Positions 10,146 through 20,500 of a stretch of DNA of 64,000 nucleotides are shown here, in pieces; positions within the stretch are counted from its first letter, which is position 1; the number at the start of each line of letters is the position of its first letter. Location: contig JASLLI010000001.1 in NCBI GenBank assembly GCA_030747125.1, positions 75,143 to 139,142 of the forward strand, in the 5' to 3' direction. This stretch comes from Fidelibacterota bacterium (GTDB lineage: Bacteria; Fidelibacterota; Marinisomatia; SCGC-AAA003-L08; D37C17). Position numbers and translations under genes: made by a program. The notes beneath the pieces are model-generated. The model did no database searches, was not told the DNA's origin, and saw only the letters and a list, made by a program, of their open reading frames with translations.

Positions 10146-10709
10146 CTACTCTTTCACTCTTTCTATATATCGTTTTTCTTTTGTATCCACTCTTATCGTA
10201 TCACCAATCTGAATAAACAGAGGTACCATAATAGTTACACCATTCTCTAACACTGCAGGTTTTGACCCGCCCTGAGCAGTGTTACCTCTTTCACCAGGGT
10301 CTGTTTCAGAAATTTTCACATTCATGTGTTGAGGGATACGCACTTCTATAGGATCATCCCCATGAAATGCAATGGTGGTATTCGTGTTTTCCAGCAGAAA
10401 ATCCAGCACATCCTTTACCTGCAACTCAGATAGATGAATTTGATCAAATGTTTCCTGATCCATAAATACATAGCTGTTACCGTCATTATATAGATAGGTG
10501 AAATTTCGCGCTTCTACACGAACAACATCTACCTTTTCTCCCGCTCTGAAGGTTTCGTCAACTACCTGTCCGGTTCTGATATTTTTTAACTTTGAACGGA
10601 CAAATGCTCCTCCTTTACCAGGCTTAACATGTAAGAATTCAACTATTTTCCAAAGATTGTTTTTATGATTTAAAATGAGGCCGTTCCTGAAATCAGAGGT
10701 ATTCGCCAT
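10146..10709 (-). CDS. efp: Translation elongation factor P
   Basis: 187 aa. FLHVKPGKGGAFVRSKLKN motif. Abuts accB with 0 nt spacing. Confidence 0.96.
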   Translation of the reverse strand: MANTSDFRNGLILNHKNNLWKIVEFLHVKPGKGGAFVRSKLKNIRTGQVVDETFRAGEKVDVVRVEARNFTYLYNDGNSYVFMDQETFDQIHLSELQVKDVLDFLLENTNTTIAFHGDDPIEVRIPQHMNVKISETDPGERGNTAQGGSKPAVLENGVTIMVPLFIQIGDTIRVDTKEKRYIERVKE

Positions 10710-10787
10710 CGGTTATTCCCTATTCATTATTATAAATTATACCCATAAAATTACAATTCAATACTACTATATTCACATAATTTTGCG

Positions 10788-12401
10788 ATGGAATCCCTTG
10801 ATTTTTATATAGAGCCATTCTATCAATATTTCCCTTTCTTTTTGTTGTATGCTGAGTTGCATTTCCGCTTTAAATATTTTGGCAGCAGATACTTTCAAAA
10901 AGTACCGGAAATTAATGCTGATACACCTTTTCGAATAGAACCGGGAGAATCTTTGCCAATTTATCTTTTGATAAAGGATGCACATATTTTCCCGATCCGT
11001 TTGGATTCAGTACATATTGTTATATCTCAAAATAAGGAGAAAGTCAAATCATTAAACCATAAAGTTGGTATCCATATTGAAAAGCCATGGTGGGAAGAAT
11101 TGATTGAGATTCCAACTGAAGGATTAATAGGAGAGCATACAATTGAAGTGCATTTTACCTATTCCTGCAACGGTGAAATGAAATCTTGTATTACCCATAA
11201 CTATCCCCAAAGTAAGATTCATTTTCTATCAACCAATATTTCTAAACATACATATCCCCGAAAAAATAAAGTCCAATACGGTGACCTGCATTATCATACT
11301 AATCTTACCGATGACATGGTAGAATTTGGCGCTTCCATTCCTGCTAGTGCAAGGGCAAGTGCTGCTATGGGGTTAGACTTCTTCTGTACAACGGATCATT
11401 CCTACGATCTGGATGATAAGGAGGGTTCCTGGACAGAGACTGATCCGGACCTTCATAAATGGAATGATTCACGCCGCCAAATTAAACAGGAAAATAAAAT
11501 TAATAAAAATGTTCTAATAATTCCATCAGAGGAATTAAGTCTACATAATACCAAAGGTCAAAATGTACATGCTCTTATTTTAAACAATCCGACCTTTTTA
11601 CCGGGAGCCGGTGATGGTGGAGAAAAACTGTTTGATTTTTCTGCTGAATTTACTACTTCAACTGTTCATGAGCAGCTTGAAGATACAGCTCTTTGTATTG
11701 CCGCCCATCCCTATAACCATATACCACTGATTCAACGAAAGCTGTTTAAAAGAGGTATATGGGGTGAAAAAGATGTAATTCAAGATAACCTTGCCGGTTT
11801 ACAAATTTTAAATGGAATGGATGATAAAGACTTTCGTCGAGGTATGAGCAAATGGAGAAAACTTCTTTTAAATGGCTTTAAAAAATATATTTATGCAGGA
11901 AATGATGCACATGGCAATTTTAATATATTCAGACAGATTAAAACGCCTTTTTTCTCATTGCGGGAAGCCCGCCAGCAAATTTTCGGTGTTTGCAGAACAG
12001 GAGTAATAGACTCTAAAAAGAATAATATTCATTCAGTTATACAATCAATGAAAAAGGGTAATTGTTTTATTACCAATGGAGCATATCTGAATATGACAAT
12101 CCTGAATTCCGGGAAATCTTTTGCAATGGGCTCAAGTATTCCTCACCGTAAGGGAGAAATATATTTAGATATACTTTCCTCCGAGGAGTTTGGTAATATT
12201 AGAAATGTGAAGCTTATTAGAGGAATAATTGGTGAAAAGAAAGAAAAAGTCATTTTTCAATATGACAAATTACACTCCTGTCAAATGCAGGAGATTATAT
12301 CAGTTACCGCTGAATCTGAATCATATTTTCGTTGTGAAGTAATGCTTGAAAATGGTGGTTATGCCTTCTCCAACCCGATTTGGATGCATCCAAAGAATTA
12401 A
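10788..12401 (+). CDS. PHP-domain metallohydrolase family protein with uncharacterised N- and C-terminal regions
   Basis: 537 aa and the only plus-strand gene. PHP-type metal motifs GDLHYHTN, TTDHSY, IAAHPY, GNDAHG. About 165 N-terminal and about 130 C-terminal residues have no family I can name. The ATG start has no obvious SD. Confidence 0.65.
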   Translation: MESLDFYIEPFYQYFPFFLLYAELHFRFKYFGSRYFQKVPEINADTPFRIEPGESLPIYLLIKDAHIFPIRLDSVHIVISQNKEKVKSLNHKVGIHIEKPWWEELIEIPTEGLIGEHTIEVHFTYSCNGEMKSCITHNYPQSKIHFLSTNISKHTYPRKNKVQYGDLHYHTNLTDDMVEFGASIPASARASAAMGLDFFCTTDHSYDLDDKEGSWTETDPDLHKWNDSRRQIKQENKINKNVLIIPSEELSLHNTKGQNVHALILNNPTFLPGAGDGGEKLFDFSAEFTTSTVHEQLEDTALCIAAHPYNHIPLIQRKLFKRGIWGEKDVIQDNLAGLQILNGMDDKDFRRGMSKWRKLLLNGFKKYIYAGNDAHGNFNIFRQIKTPFFSLREARQQIFGVCRTGVIDSKKNNIHSVIQSMKKGNCFITNGAYLNMTILNSGKSFAMGSSIPHRKGEIYLDILSSEEFGNIRNVKLIRGIIGEKKEKVIFQYDKLHSCQMQEIISVTAESESYFRCEVMLENGGYAFSNPIWMHPKN

Positions 12402-12407
12402 GGTACT

Positions 12408-13307
12408 TCATTTCGGATAAGTTTCAAGTGTATCTTTAATTTTTTGAAATGATTTCATGAGTTCAATAAACTGCTGCTTGTCTTCATTAAATTGATTAAT
12501 TTCTGGAATTTGCCCCCCGTATTTCGCAAAATCAGCAGTTTGGATTATAGTATTCCATTTTACAAGGATATCCTCATCAATTCCTGAGGTTTGGAAATAT
12601 TTATCTAATTCGCTGCTGGTCATCTCTGTTGCTTTCACATAAAATAGTTTATTTAAAAACTCCCGGCATACTCTGGTTAAATCCAGGTAGAAATTTTCGG
12701 TTGATTCTTGGGTAATTTTATCGGGAATGGTAGCAGATTCAATTTCTTTTATACATTCTAATAATGGAGAAACCTGATAGCTTTCCGGTATTCCCTCTGG
12801 AATTATAGCCCTTCTTTTCTTCATCCATAAATACATTGTGGCTCCAATCCCTAACAGAACTAATAAAATATATATAACTAATTGTGATGTTGAAATCAAC
12901 TGCATTTCCCTTAACGGTTTAATATCTCTTATTACCTGAGTATCAGCTGACAAGTTGGAATAAACTTCAACAAAAATCGTATCTGTGGAAATTTCATCAA
13001 TAATTTGGTGATTGTGCATAATATCAACGGTAACAGGAGGTATAGCTATACCCCCATCATCCCAAAATTGAACCAAATATTCTATAGAATTTTTATTCAG
13101 TGATTTATGAATAAGACTGTAGGATTCCGATTCATCCAACATTTCGCTAAATACAGGGACTGCCCCAGGATTATCCAAATTGGATACGGTGATGGAAATG
13201 ATTCCTGTTCCACCTACGAACAGAGAATCAGTAGATGTAGTTATCGTAATATCGGCTGAAAATAAGACGGAATAGATAATTGTGAGAAGAATGGCAAAAG
13301 TTTTCAA
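12408..13307 (-). CDS. Membrane protein, BatD-N-terminal-like / DUF4381-like
   Basis: 299 aa. Signal peptide, beta-rich ectodomain, one TM (LVIYILLVLLGIGATMYLWMKKRR), then a helical tail with a FYLDLTRVCREFL...TEMTSSELDKYF pattern reminiscent of DUF4381. The TTG start overlaps the DUF58 stop (TTGA). Confidence 0.5.
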   Translation of the reverse strand: MKTFAILLTIIYSVLFSADITITTSTDSLFVGGTGIISITVSNLDNPGAVPVFSEMLDESESYSLIHKSLNKNSIEYLVQFWDDGGIAIPPVTVDIMHNHQIIDEISTDTIFVEVYSNLSADTQVIRDIKPLREMQLISTSQLVIYILLVLLGIGATMYLWMKKRRAIIPEGIPESYQVSPLLECIKEIESATIPDKITQESTENFYLDLTRVCREFLNKLFYVKATEMTSSELDKYFQTSGIDEDILVKWNTIIQTADFAKYGGQIPEINQFNEDKQQFIELMKSFQKIKDTLETYPK

Positions 13308-14179
13308 TTACGCTGCATTCTTTGGTTGAAAAATTGCTCCAATGGCTGGATATATCCCTCAGCAGTATTAATGGAAATTAAGTCAATTTTATTTTGTTTA
13401 CAAAACTGCCTAAATCTTTGAATATTCCTATTAAAATTTTCCACAATAGCATCTCTTATTTTTTTGTTTTTTGTATCCACCCAGGCAGTCTGCTGACTTT
13501 CCACATCATGTAGTTTTATGAGCCCCAACTGGGGAATTTCTTGTTCAGCGTTATCAAAGATGTGGATATTAATTAAATCATGCTTCCTGTTTAATAATTT
13601 CATGGAAGAATGGTAAGAGTTGTCCCAAAAATCCGAAAGGAGAAAAATAATACTTTTCCGCTTAAGTACCCGTTGCACATGCTCAATGGCAATGGAAAGA
13701 TCAGTTGTTTTATCTTCAGTCTCATGATAAATCATCTCTCTGATTACCCGGAGCACATGTGATTTTCCTTTTTTGGGGGGAATAAATATTTCCACCTGAT
13801 CAGAAAATAACAATAAACCCACTTTGTCATTGTTTTTTATGGCAGAGAAACTGAGGACTGAAGCCAGCTCAATCATAATATCTGATTTAAGAGATTCGCC
13901 GGTACCAAAAAAACCAGATGCAGAAACATCTACCATTAATAAAACGGTAAGTTCTCTTTCCTCATCATATTTTTTTATGAAGGGCTTTCCGGCACGCGCG
14001 GTAACATTCCAGTCTATGGCTCGTACATCATCACCGGGAGAATATTCACGGACTTCCGCAAATTCCATGCCCATACCTTTAAATGCTGAATGATATTCCC
14101 CCCCAAACAGATTGTTTACAATATGTCTGGTTTTTAATTCAATGAGCCGGACTTTTTGAAGTATTTCACCGGGAATCAT
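13304..14179 (-). CDS. DUF58 (vWA-like) domain protein
   Basis: 291 aa. GEYHSAFKGMGMEFAEVREYSPGDDVRAIDWNVTAR is the DUF58 signature. Follows MoxR after 8 nt. Confidence 0.9.
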   Translation of the reverse strand: MIPGEILQKVRLIELKTRHIVNNLFGGEYHSAFKGMGMEFAEVREYSPGDDVRAIDWNVTARAGKPFIKKYDEERELTVLLMVDVSASGFFGTGESLKSDIMIELASVLSFSAIKNNDKVGLLLFSDQVEIFIPPKKGKSHVLRVIREMIYHETEDKTTDLSIAIEHVQRVLKRKSIIFLLSDFWDNSYHSSMKLLNRKHDLINIHIFDNAEQEIPQLGLIKLHDVESQQTAWVDTKNKKIRDAIVENFNRNIQRFRQFCKQNKIDLISINTAEGYIQPLEQFFNQRMQRN

Positions 14180-14187
14180 GGTAAGAT

Positions 14188-15183
14188 TCAGGGAGTGGGT
14201 ACAGATTCAAAAATGCGTTGAATTATGTCTTCTGTGGTAATTTCTTCCGCTTCTGCTTCGTAGGAGAGAATAATGCGATGTCTTAAAATTGCTTTACCTA
14301 CTGCGCGTACATCCTCAGGAATTACAAATCCTCGATTATTATAAAATGCCTGTGCCTTTGAAGCTGTGGCTAAAAAAATCGTTGCTCTTGGTGAAGCCCC
14401 ATAGGTTATAAGAGTAGATAAATCTTTCAAGCCATACTTATCAGAATTTCTTGTAGCCATAACAAGTGAGACAATATACTGTTGAATATTATCTGCAATA
14501 TGAATTTGGTCAACCACTTTTCTTGCATTCAAAATCTGCTCGGGATTTATAACCGGATTTACTCTGATGTCTGTATTTATTTTACCCATTCTTCGCAGTA
14601 TTTCCAATTCGTCATTCTGTTGAGGATAATCCACAATTACCTTAAACATAAACCTGTCAACCTGGGCTTCAGGCAGCGGATATGTACCTTCCTGCTCAAT
14701 GGGGTTTTGAGTTGCCATTACCAGAAAAGGTGCTTCCAGTTTATATGATTCTTCACCTATGGTAATTTGTCTCTCCTGCATGGCTTCTAATAGTGCTGAT
14801 TGAACTTTAGCAGGAGAACGATTGATTTCATCAGCTAAAATTATATTAGCAAAAATGGGTCCTTTCTTAACTTCAAAGCTGCTTTCCTTTGGATTAAATA
14901 TTAAAGTCCCTAAAATATCCGCAGGCAGCAAATCAGGTGTAAATTGAATGCGCTGAAATTTTGTATCAATTAATTGTGCTAATGTTTTAATGGTGAGAGT
15001 TTTTGCAAGCCCCGGGACACCCTCAAGAAACACATGTCCGTCAGATAAAATAGCAATTAATAACTTATCAATTAAATCATCCTGTCCAATGATAACCTTC
15101 CTGATTTCGGACTTTATATCATTAACAAATATTGATTCCCTCTCGATGGAATCTTTCATTTTGGCTAAATCAACTTCTGACAT
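14188..15183 (-). CDS. MoxR-family AAA+ ATPase
   Basis: 331 aa. Walker A GVPGLAKT, Walker B ILADEINR, and the QNPIEQEGTYPLPEAQVDRF motif. Confidence 0.95.
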   Translation of the reverse strand: MSEVDLAKMKDSIERESIFVNDIKSEIRKVIIGQDDLIDKLLIAILSDGHVFLEGVPGLAKTLTIKTLAQLIDTKFQRIQFTPDLLPADILGTLIFNPKESSFEVKKGPIFANIILADEINRSPAKVQSALLEAMQERQITIGEESYKLEAPFLVMATQNPIEQEGTYPLPEAQVDRFMFKVIVDYPQQNDELEILRRMGKINTDIRVNPVINPEQILNARKVVDQIHIADNIQQYIVSLVMATRNSDKYGLKDLSTLITYGASPRATIFLATASKAQAFYNNRGFVIPEDVRAVGKAILRHRIILSYEAEAEEITTEDIIQRIFESVPTP

Positions 15184-15188
15184 AAATA

Positions 15189-15683
15189 TTAAATATTAGC
15201 ACTGCCTATTGCATTTAAAGAATCAATGGTACTCTGGTGTTTTTTAATCCCCTCCAACTCGTATTCTACGGAAGGAATGAGTTCATCATTTGGATAATGA
15301 CTCTTAAACTCAAGATAGTAATTTTTAGCATCGGTGTAGGCATCCAAATAATTATTATAAACATAGGCAATCATAAAAAGCGATTTTTTTGATACCTCAT
15401 GCTGCGGATAATTATCCACGACTTTTTTAAACTCTTCAATGGCAAATTCAAAATCTTTCACATCATTTAAGTATATGTCAGCAATTTGAAACTGTGCCTG
15501 CGCAGCCAATTTATCTTCAGAGTAGTCCTGAATGATATTTTTAAAAGAAGTAATTGATTCTTTTAAATTTTTCTCCATACGGAATTTTTGTCCATCCTGC
15601 CATAAGGATTCAGCAGACTTTTTTCCCATACCTGAACAGGTGATCAATAAGATTCCGATTACAATAATTAGTATATTTTTCAC
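15189..15683 (-). CDS. TPR-like lipoprotein (YbgF/BamD-like)
   Basis: 164 aa. Lipobox LLITC at the end of the signal peptide. TPR-like helical repeats. Lies 5 nt upstream of the MoxR gene. Confidence 0.6.
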   Translation of the reverse strand: MKNILIIVIGILLITCSGMGKKSAESLWQDGQKFRMEKNLKESITSFKNIIQDYSEDKLAAQAQFQIADIYLNDVKDFEFAIEEFKKVVDNYPQHEVSKKSLFMIAYVYNNYLDAYTDAKNYYLEFKSHYPNDELIPSVEYELEGIKKHQSTIDSLNAIGSANI

Positions 15684-15768
15684 TTAATTCTCCAATTTTG
15701 ATTCAATGAAAGGTTGCAAATTTATCAATTATTCTATTATTATTCTCAATAACAATCTATAGATAATT

Positions 15769-17550
15769 TTAAAACATATATAATAAGGATGCATGAGGCT
15801 GAGGCATGTTTAGATCACCGTAAGGGAAGCCTATATCAATTCTCACAGGTCCGAGTGTGGCATTATAAATCATTCCAAATCCAATATCCCAACTGAGAGA
15901 TGTGGATAGGAACTTGTCCGGGGTATTATACAATCTGCCTGCGTCGAAAAATAACTCTCCCCCAATCTTCTCTCGAATTGGAAATCTAAATTCAAGATTT
16001 ACCATATCACTTATGAGGTCTCCGTTGGGGTTTTCAAAATCTTCTGGTTTAGACCAGCCACGCAGAGAGGTTTGACCTCCTAAACGGAAACGATATCCTG
16101 CCGGTAGTTCATATCTTTTATCCAAATTATAGATATACCCTAAGGCTGTCCTGAAAGCAATAACTCCGGAAGAAATATTTTTAAATTTTCTATATTCTGA
16201 TTCAACTTTAAAAAAGTGCCTTTCACCTCCAAGAATTGTACCATATAAAGTGGCTGATAAGGACTTATAATCCCCTCCAGTTGGGGCGAGAGGATTCTGA
16301 ATTTGATTAGAAAGATAGCGTAGATTTATCCACCGGGAGGGTTCTGTATGTTCTGTTGTAAAAAGGGTGTCTGAGGACCTTAACACTTCCAGCGTTGAAT
16401 TAATCTCATAGCGTGTATTTCTGGATGGTTCAAAGTGCAGGGAGTAAGTAATTCCATTCCGGATGAGATTATGGTTTTCACTCTCCTGAATATAAAAATA
16501 TTTTACTCTTGATGGCAGGCGAAATACCAATGTCCAGGGAGTACGGTACACGATGGAAAAATCTCTTTCAACAAGAGGGTTGTCATTGATAAGGTTCAAA
16601 TTTATATCACTGGCGATACGACCTGTAATTTCTATATTGGAGGAAGTATTGAAAATATTTCCCAGAATCCATCTTCCTTGAGCATCCACGCCGGTTGTGG
16701 ACAAATTATCCTGAAAAGCAGAAAGTTCTCTAAAACCGAAATTTGCTTCTATGGATGAAGATTTATATTCCCTTACTTTAATTTCAATATCTACCTTACC
16801 AGGCTTATCAACACCTACTCTGGGAATTATTTCAATGGAACTGAACATACCCGAATCAAAAATCCTTCTTTTAGATTCATCAATTTTATCTATATTGTAG
16901 CGCTCCCCCGGAGAAAAAACAATTTCCCTGTTAATATATTTTTCTCCCACCAACTCCAGTCCGGTGACATATACTGAGTCAATAAAATAAGTAATCCCTT
17001 CAGATATATTTATGCGGGAATGAATATTGAGCCCATCAACGGTTACTTCATCCATAATAGAGATATTTAATTTTCCTCTTCTCAGATAAACCCTTTTTAG
17101 TTCTTTTAACTGATTCTTAAAATGCACGGGGTTATAGTGATTATTTACAGATAATTGAAGAAAAGCTGCTATATCTTCATCACTTAATTGTTTATTACCA
17201 AAATATTTAACCGTCTTCAAGGTATAAGGATTGCCTTCCTTTATTATAAATTGAATGGCAACATATTCATCAGAAATATTTGTTATTTTACTATCAACTT
17301 GAACTTCAAGATATCCTTTAGATTTATAAAAGGCGATTAAACCAATTTTATCACGATTTAATTTTTTCGGAGTGAATTCATCGCGGACGAAGAAAACAGG
17401 CAGTTTAAGTAGTAAAATGGAACGTAATTCAGCGCTGGAAACACTATCATTCCCTTCGAACGAAATATCTGATACTAATTGTTTATCTTGAGAAAACAGT
17501 AATTGAGATAATATTAAAAAGAGACCGTAATAAAGGTTTTTGAATCGCAT
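15769..17550 (-). CDS. Omp85-family outer-membrane protein, TamA/BamA-like
   Basis: 593 aa. Signal peptide without a Cys. POTRA-like N-terminal repeats. C-terminal beta-barrel ending ...HASLLYMF. Confidence 0.85.
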   Translation of the reverse strand: MRFKNLYYGLFLILSQLLFSQDKQLVSDISFEGNDSVSSAELRSILLLKLPVFFVRDEFTPKKLNRDKIGLIAFYKSKGYLEVQVDSKITNISDEYVAIQFIIKEGNPYTLKTVKYFGNKQLSDEDIAAFLQLSVNNHYNPVHFKNQLKELKRVYLRRGKLNISIMDEVTVDGLNIHSRINISEGITYFIDSVYVTGLELVGEKYINREIVFSPGERYNIDKIDESKRRIFDSGMFSSIEIIPRVGVDKPGKVDIEIKVREYKSSSIEANFGFRELSAFQDNLSTTGVDAQGRWILGNIFNTSSNIEITGRIASDINLNLINDNPLVERDFSIVYRTPWTLVFRLPSRVKYFYIQESENHNLIRNGITYSLHFEPSRNTRYEINSTLEVLRSSDTLFTTEHTEPSRWINLRYLSNQIQNPLAPTGGDYKSLSATLYGTILGGERHFFKVESEYRKFKNISSGVIAFRTALGYIYNLDKRYELPAGYRFRLGGQTSLRGWSKPEDFENPNGDLISDMVNLEFRFPIREKIGGELFFDAGRLYNTPDKFLSTSLSWDIGFGMIYNATLGPVRIDIGFPYGDLNMPQPHASLLYMF

Positions 17551-20500
17551 TAATAGTAATATTTGATTCTATAACTGAGATGCCATTTATTATTTTCATC
17601 CAATCCACCAACAATGGCTGTATTTTGGTTCAGCCTGTAGGTTGCTTCATATTGACTGTTATCAATATTGTTCAAATCAAATTGGGTATTTATGTAAATC
17701 CGGTTCGATAGTTGTTTACCCAGAACAAGTTTAAGATCAATGTCATCATCCCCTTCAAGGTTTTTTAGGAGTGATCCTCTTTTGCTGGTTAACTGAAATT
17801 CATCTAAGTTACTATATCGGGTAATATTTTTTTCAATTTCATTCTCAAAGTAATTGGACAAAAAATTTCCTGCTTGTTCGGGTTTATCGAATCCTTCCCT
17901 ATTTCCGAAAGTCAATATTTTTAAAATTTCTGTTTGGGTATAATCCTGTGAATCAAAAATCAATACTGGGTTATCAGTATATCCAATAAAGGAAACATCA
18001 ATGACATTTTCATCAACAGTAGTCTGAGCATGAATATCAATATAGGGAATATTATTTATTGGCGATAACAAGATGTTACCATAAGTGTTTTGAAATACAT
18101 TGCCTTGATTATCATAAAATTTACCGCCAATAATATCTGCTTTACCTGAATAGTTGTAATCCCCATCCCCCTCTTTTGTTATGGTTATATCTCCATCAAG
18201 GAGCATATTTATATTATCAGTTTCTATCATTATACCTTCCTGAATAGGGATATGTAAATCATAAGAAACAATGCGGGAAGTATATGATTCACTAACTACA
18301 TAATCTTCTGCAGTATCTAAACTGGTGAGGGTAAAGTCATACGGTGCCGGAATAAATGCACCACTAATTAATATGGTATCCTTACCTGTAACGCTAATAT
18401 CCATATCACCTTTTCCGGTAAAAACTCCATAAGAAGAAGATAATGAAACATTTTCTCCTGTAAGATGGAGTGCAAAATCGGGGTTAAAAAATTCTTCTAA
18501 ATCCATACTGCCACTTAAGGAAATATTATTTTTTCTCTCTGGTTCTTTATCTTTAATAAACTGTGTAATAGATGATAATATTGGAATTTTTGCTAATACA
18601 GGCTCTTCAGGTAGGGATATATTGCCAATTAGCTTATCTACAAATAGATGGTTATTACGAAGAGTAAATACGCCATTGATATCTGTAATTGGTTCATTTA
18701 TAGGATCAATGTAAATACTGGCATTTCTGATGACAGCATTGCCATTTCTCACAGGTTGCTTTAAAGAACCGGTTAATTCGAGCCGTAGTGAATAGTTTTT
18801 CAGCGAATCTTTAAAAACAGGGGTATAGGTCATAGAGTCAATCATCGTGAAATAAGGCGTTAAAAACTCAAATTTACGAGTAGTCCCGGTAAATACAAAA
18901 TCCATAGAATTATTGGAGATATCTTTACGCTCTGCAAGTATCATATTCAAATCCATGGGAATATAACCAAAACCTGAATATCTTCCATTTTCAGTAATGA
19001 GAGAAAGGTTTCTAAAATCTAATTTATTATTTTTATAGTATATTTTTCCTGAAAGTTTATTTCCACTTATTAAATCAAAGCCCGGATCTGTTATAGAAAA
19101 ATTTCCGGCAATTACAGGACTTGAGACATTACCACTAATTTCAAGGGTTCCTGTCATCATTCCTCTATTTTCAAATCCCCATGGCAAATACCTGTTGAAC
19201 TTTACCACATCCATATTATCAAAAGCAAAAGACAGGTCAAAATTATCTTCATTTTTACTTGATACTTTAAAATTTTCCAATCCTAAATTAAACCATCCGC
19301 TTCCTTCTAGGTTGCCTAATTCCGTTTCCAGGGCAATATTATTTAATAAAAACCTGCGATTTCTATAAGAATTGGACAGAGAAAGTTTGGTGAAGCTTAT
19401 ATCGTCTATTTTTCCATTTGTAAAAAGGAAAGTACTGAAAAACAGCGGATGCGGATTTTTCAATTCATCATTTACTTCAATATCAATATTACCCTGTGAA
19501 AGGATACCTTCAATTCTTAACTTTTTTCCCACAACGGTATAAAAATCATCCAGAAATAGATTTTTAACTTGTAGCGATAAATCGTAAGATTGAATATTTC
19601 TATAATCACCGGAAAAAATAATTTCACTTTCAGCAAAATGTAATTTCACAGTGGGAAAATGAAAATAATCTTCTAATTCAGTTATATAAAAAGGAGAAGC
19701 AAAGAGATTTTTTTGTTTGAGCTGTCCACTTAACTTATTCACATAAATTGCATCTGAATCCCTTCTCTCAGCTATAAATGCTAAAGAGTCCCCTGTTTGG
19801 CTCTCAGCGGATAATTTTAAGTGAACAGGTTTTGAATCTAATAGGAGTAGATCTATGCGTAAACTGTCCCAATTATAATGGGCATAATGCCAATCCAGCA
19901 TATCTACAGATAATTGGGTTGTATGATTTGAGTCGGAAAGTGCAAAATCAAAATTACTATGTAGAGAATTAAATGAATTATTAAGGAAAGCGCCCTTGTA
20001 TAGTGAAACACTGCCATTTATTTCAGAGAGCTCTTTTGATTGTTTCCATGTAAATTCTGACTCCCCTTTATTTATATTATAATTAAGTTCAGGGAAATAG
20101 GGAACCCTCTTGATATTATCAAAAAATATATTCCCCGTTGCAGAAAATTCAGATTCACTTTTGTAGGAGGGTATTTGTATTATCCCATTTATTCCATCTG
20201 AATAAAATTGAAGACCTTCAGAAGATATAAGGTGGTCCCTGATTGTAAGGGGTCCTGTAATTTGAGAAAAATGTAGCGAATCTATAACGGAGTCAACTAA
20301 GTTCACATTGCCAATTATTGCTTCTCCGTCATTGCTTGTCTTAAAATGTAATTTTCCATTTATATAGCCTCTGTCAACTACAGGATATTTGAATAAATGT
20401 ACCCCTGCATTCCAATGGAATGTCTCCAAATCAATTTCACCATTGAGGTTTAATTTATTTCCATTATATATAAGCGATGTTGAACTAATAATAAAATTCG

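Noticed and set aside
12381-12392. Perfect 12-bp palindrome TGGATGCATCCA at the 3' end of the PHP-domain gene, considered as a shared terminator for the convergent genes
   Set aside because: It has zero loop length and only a 4-bp stem if folded with a TGCA loop, with no U tract. It lies inside coding sequence (WMHP) and is most likely chance.
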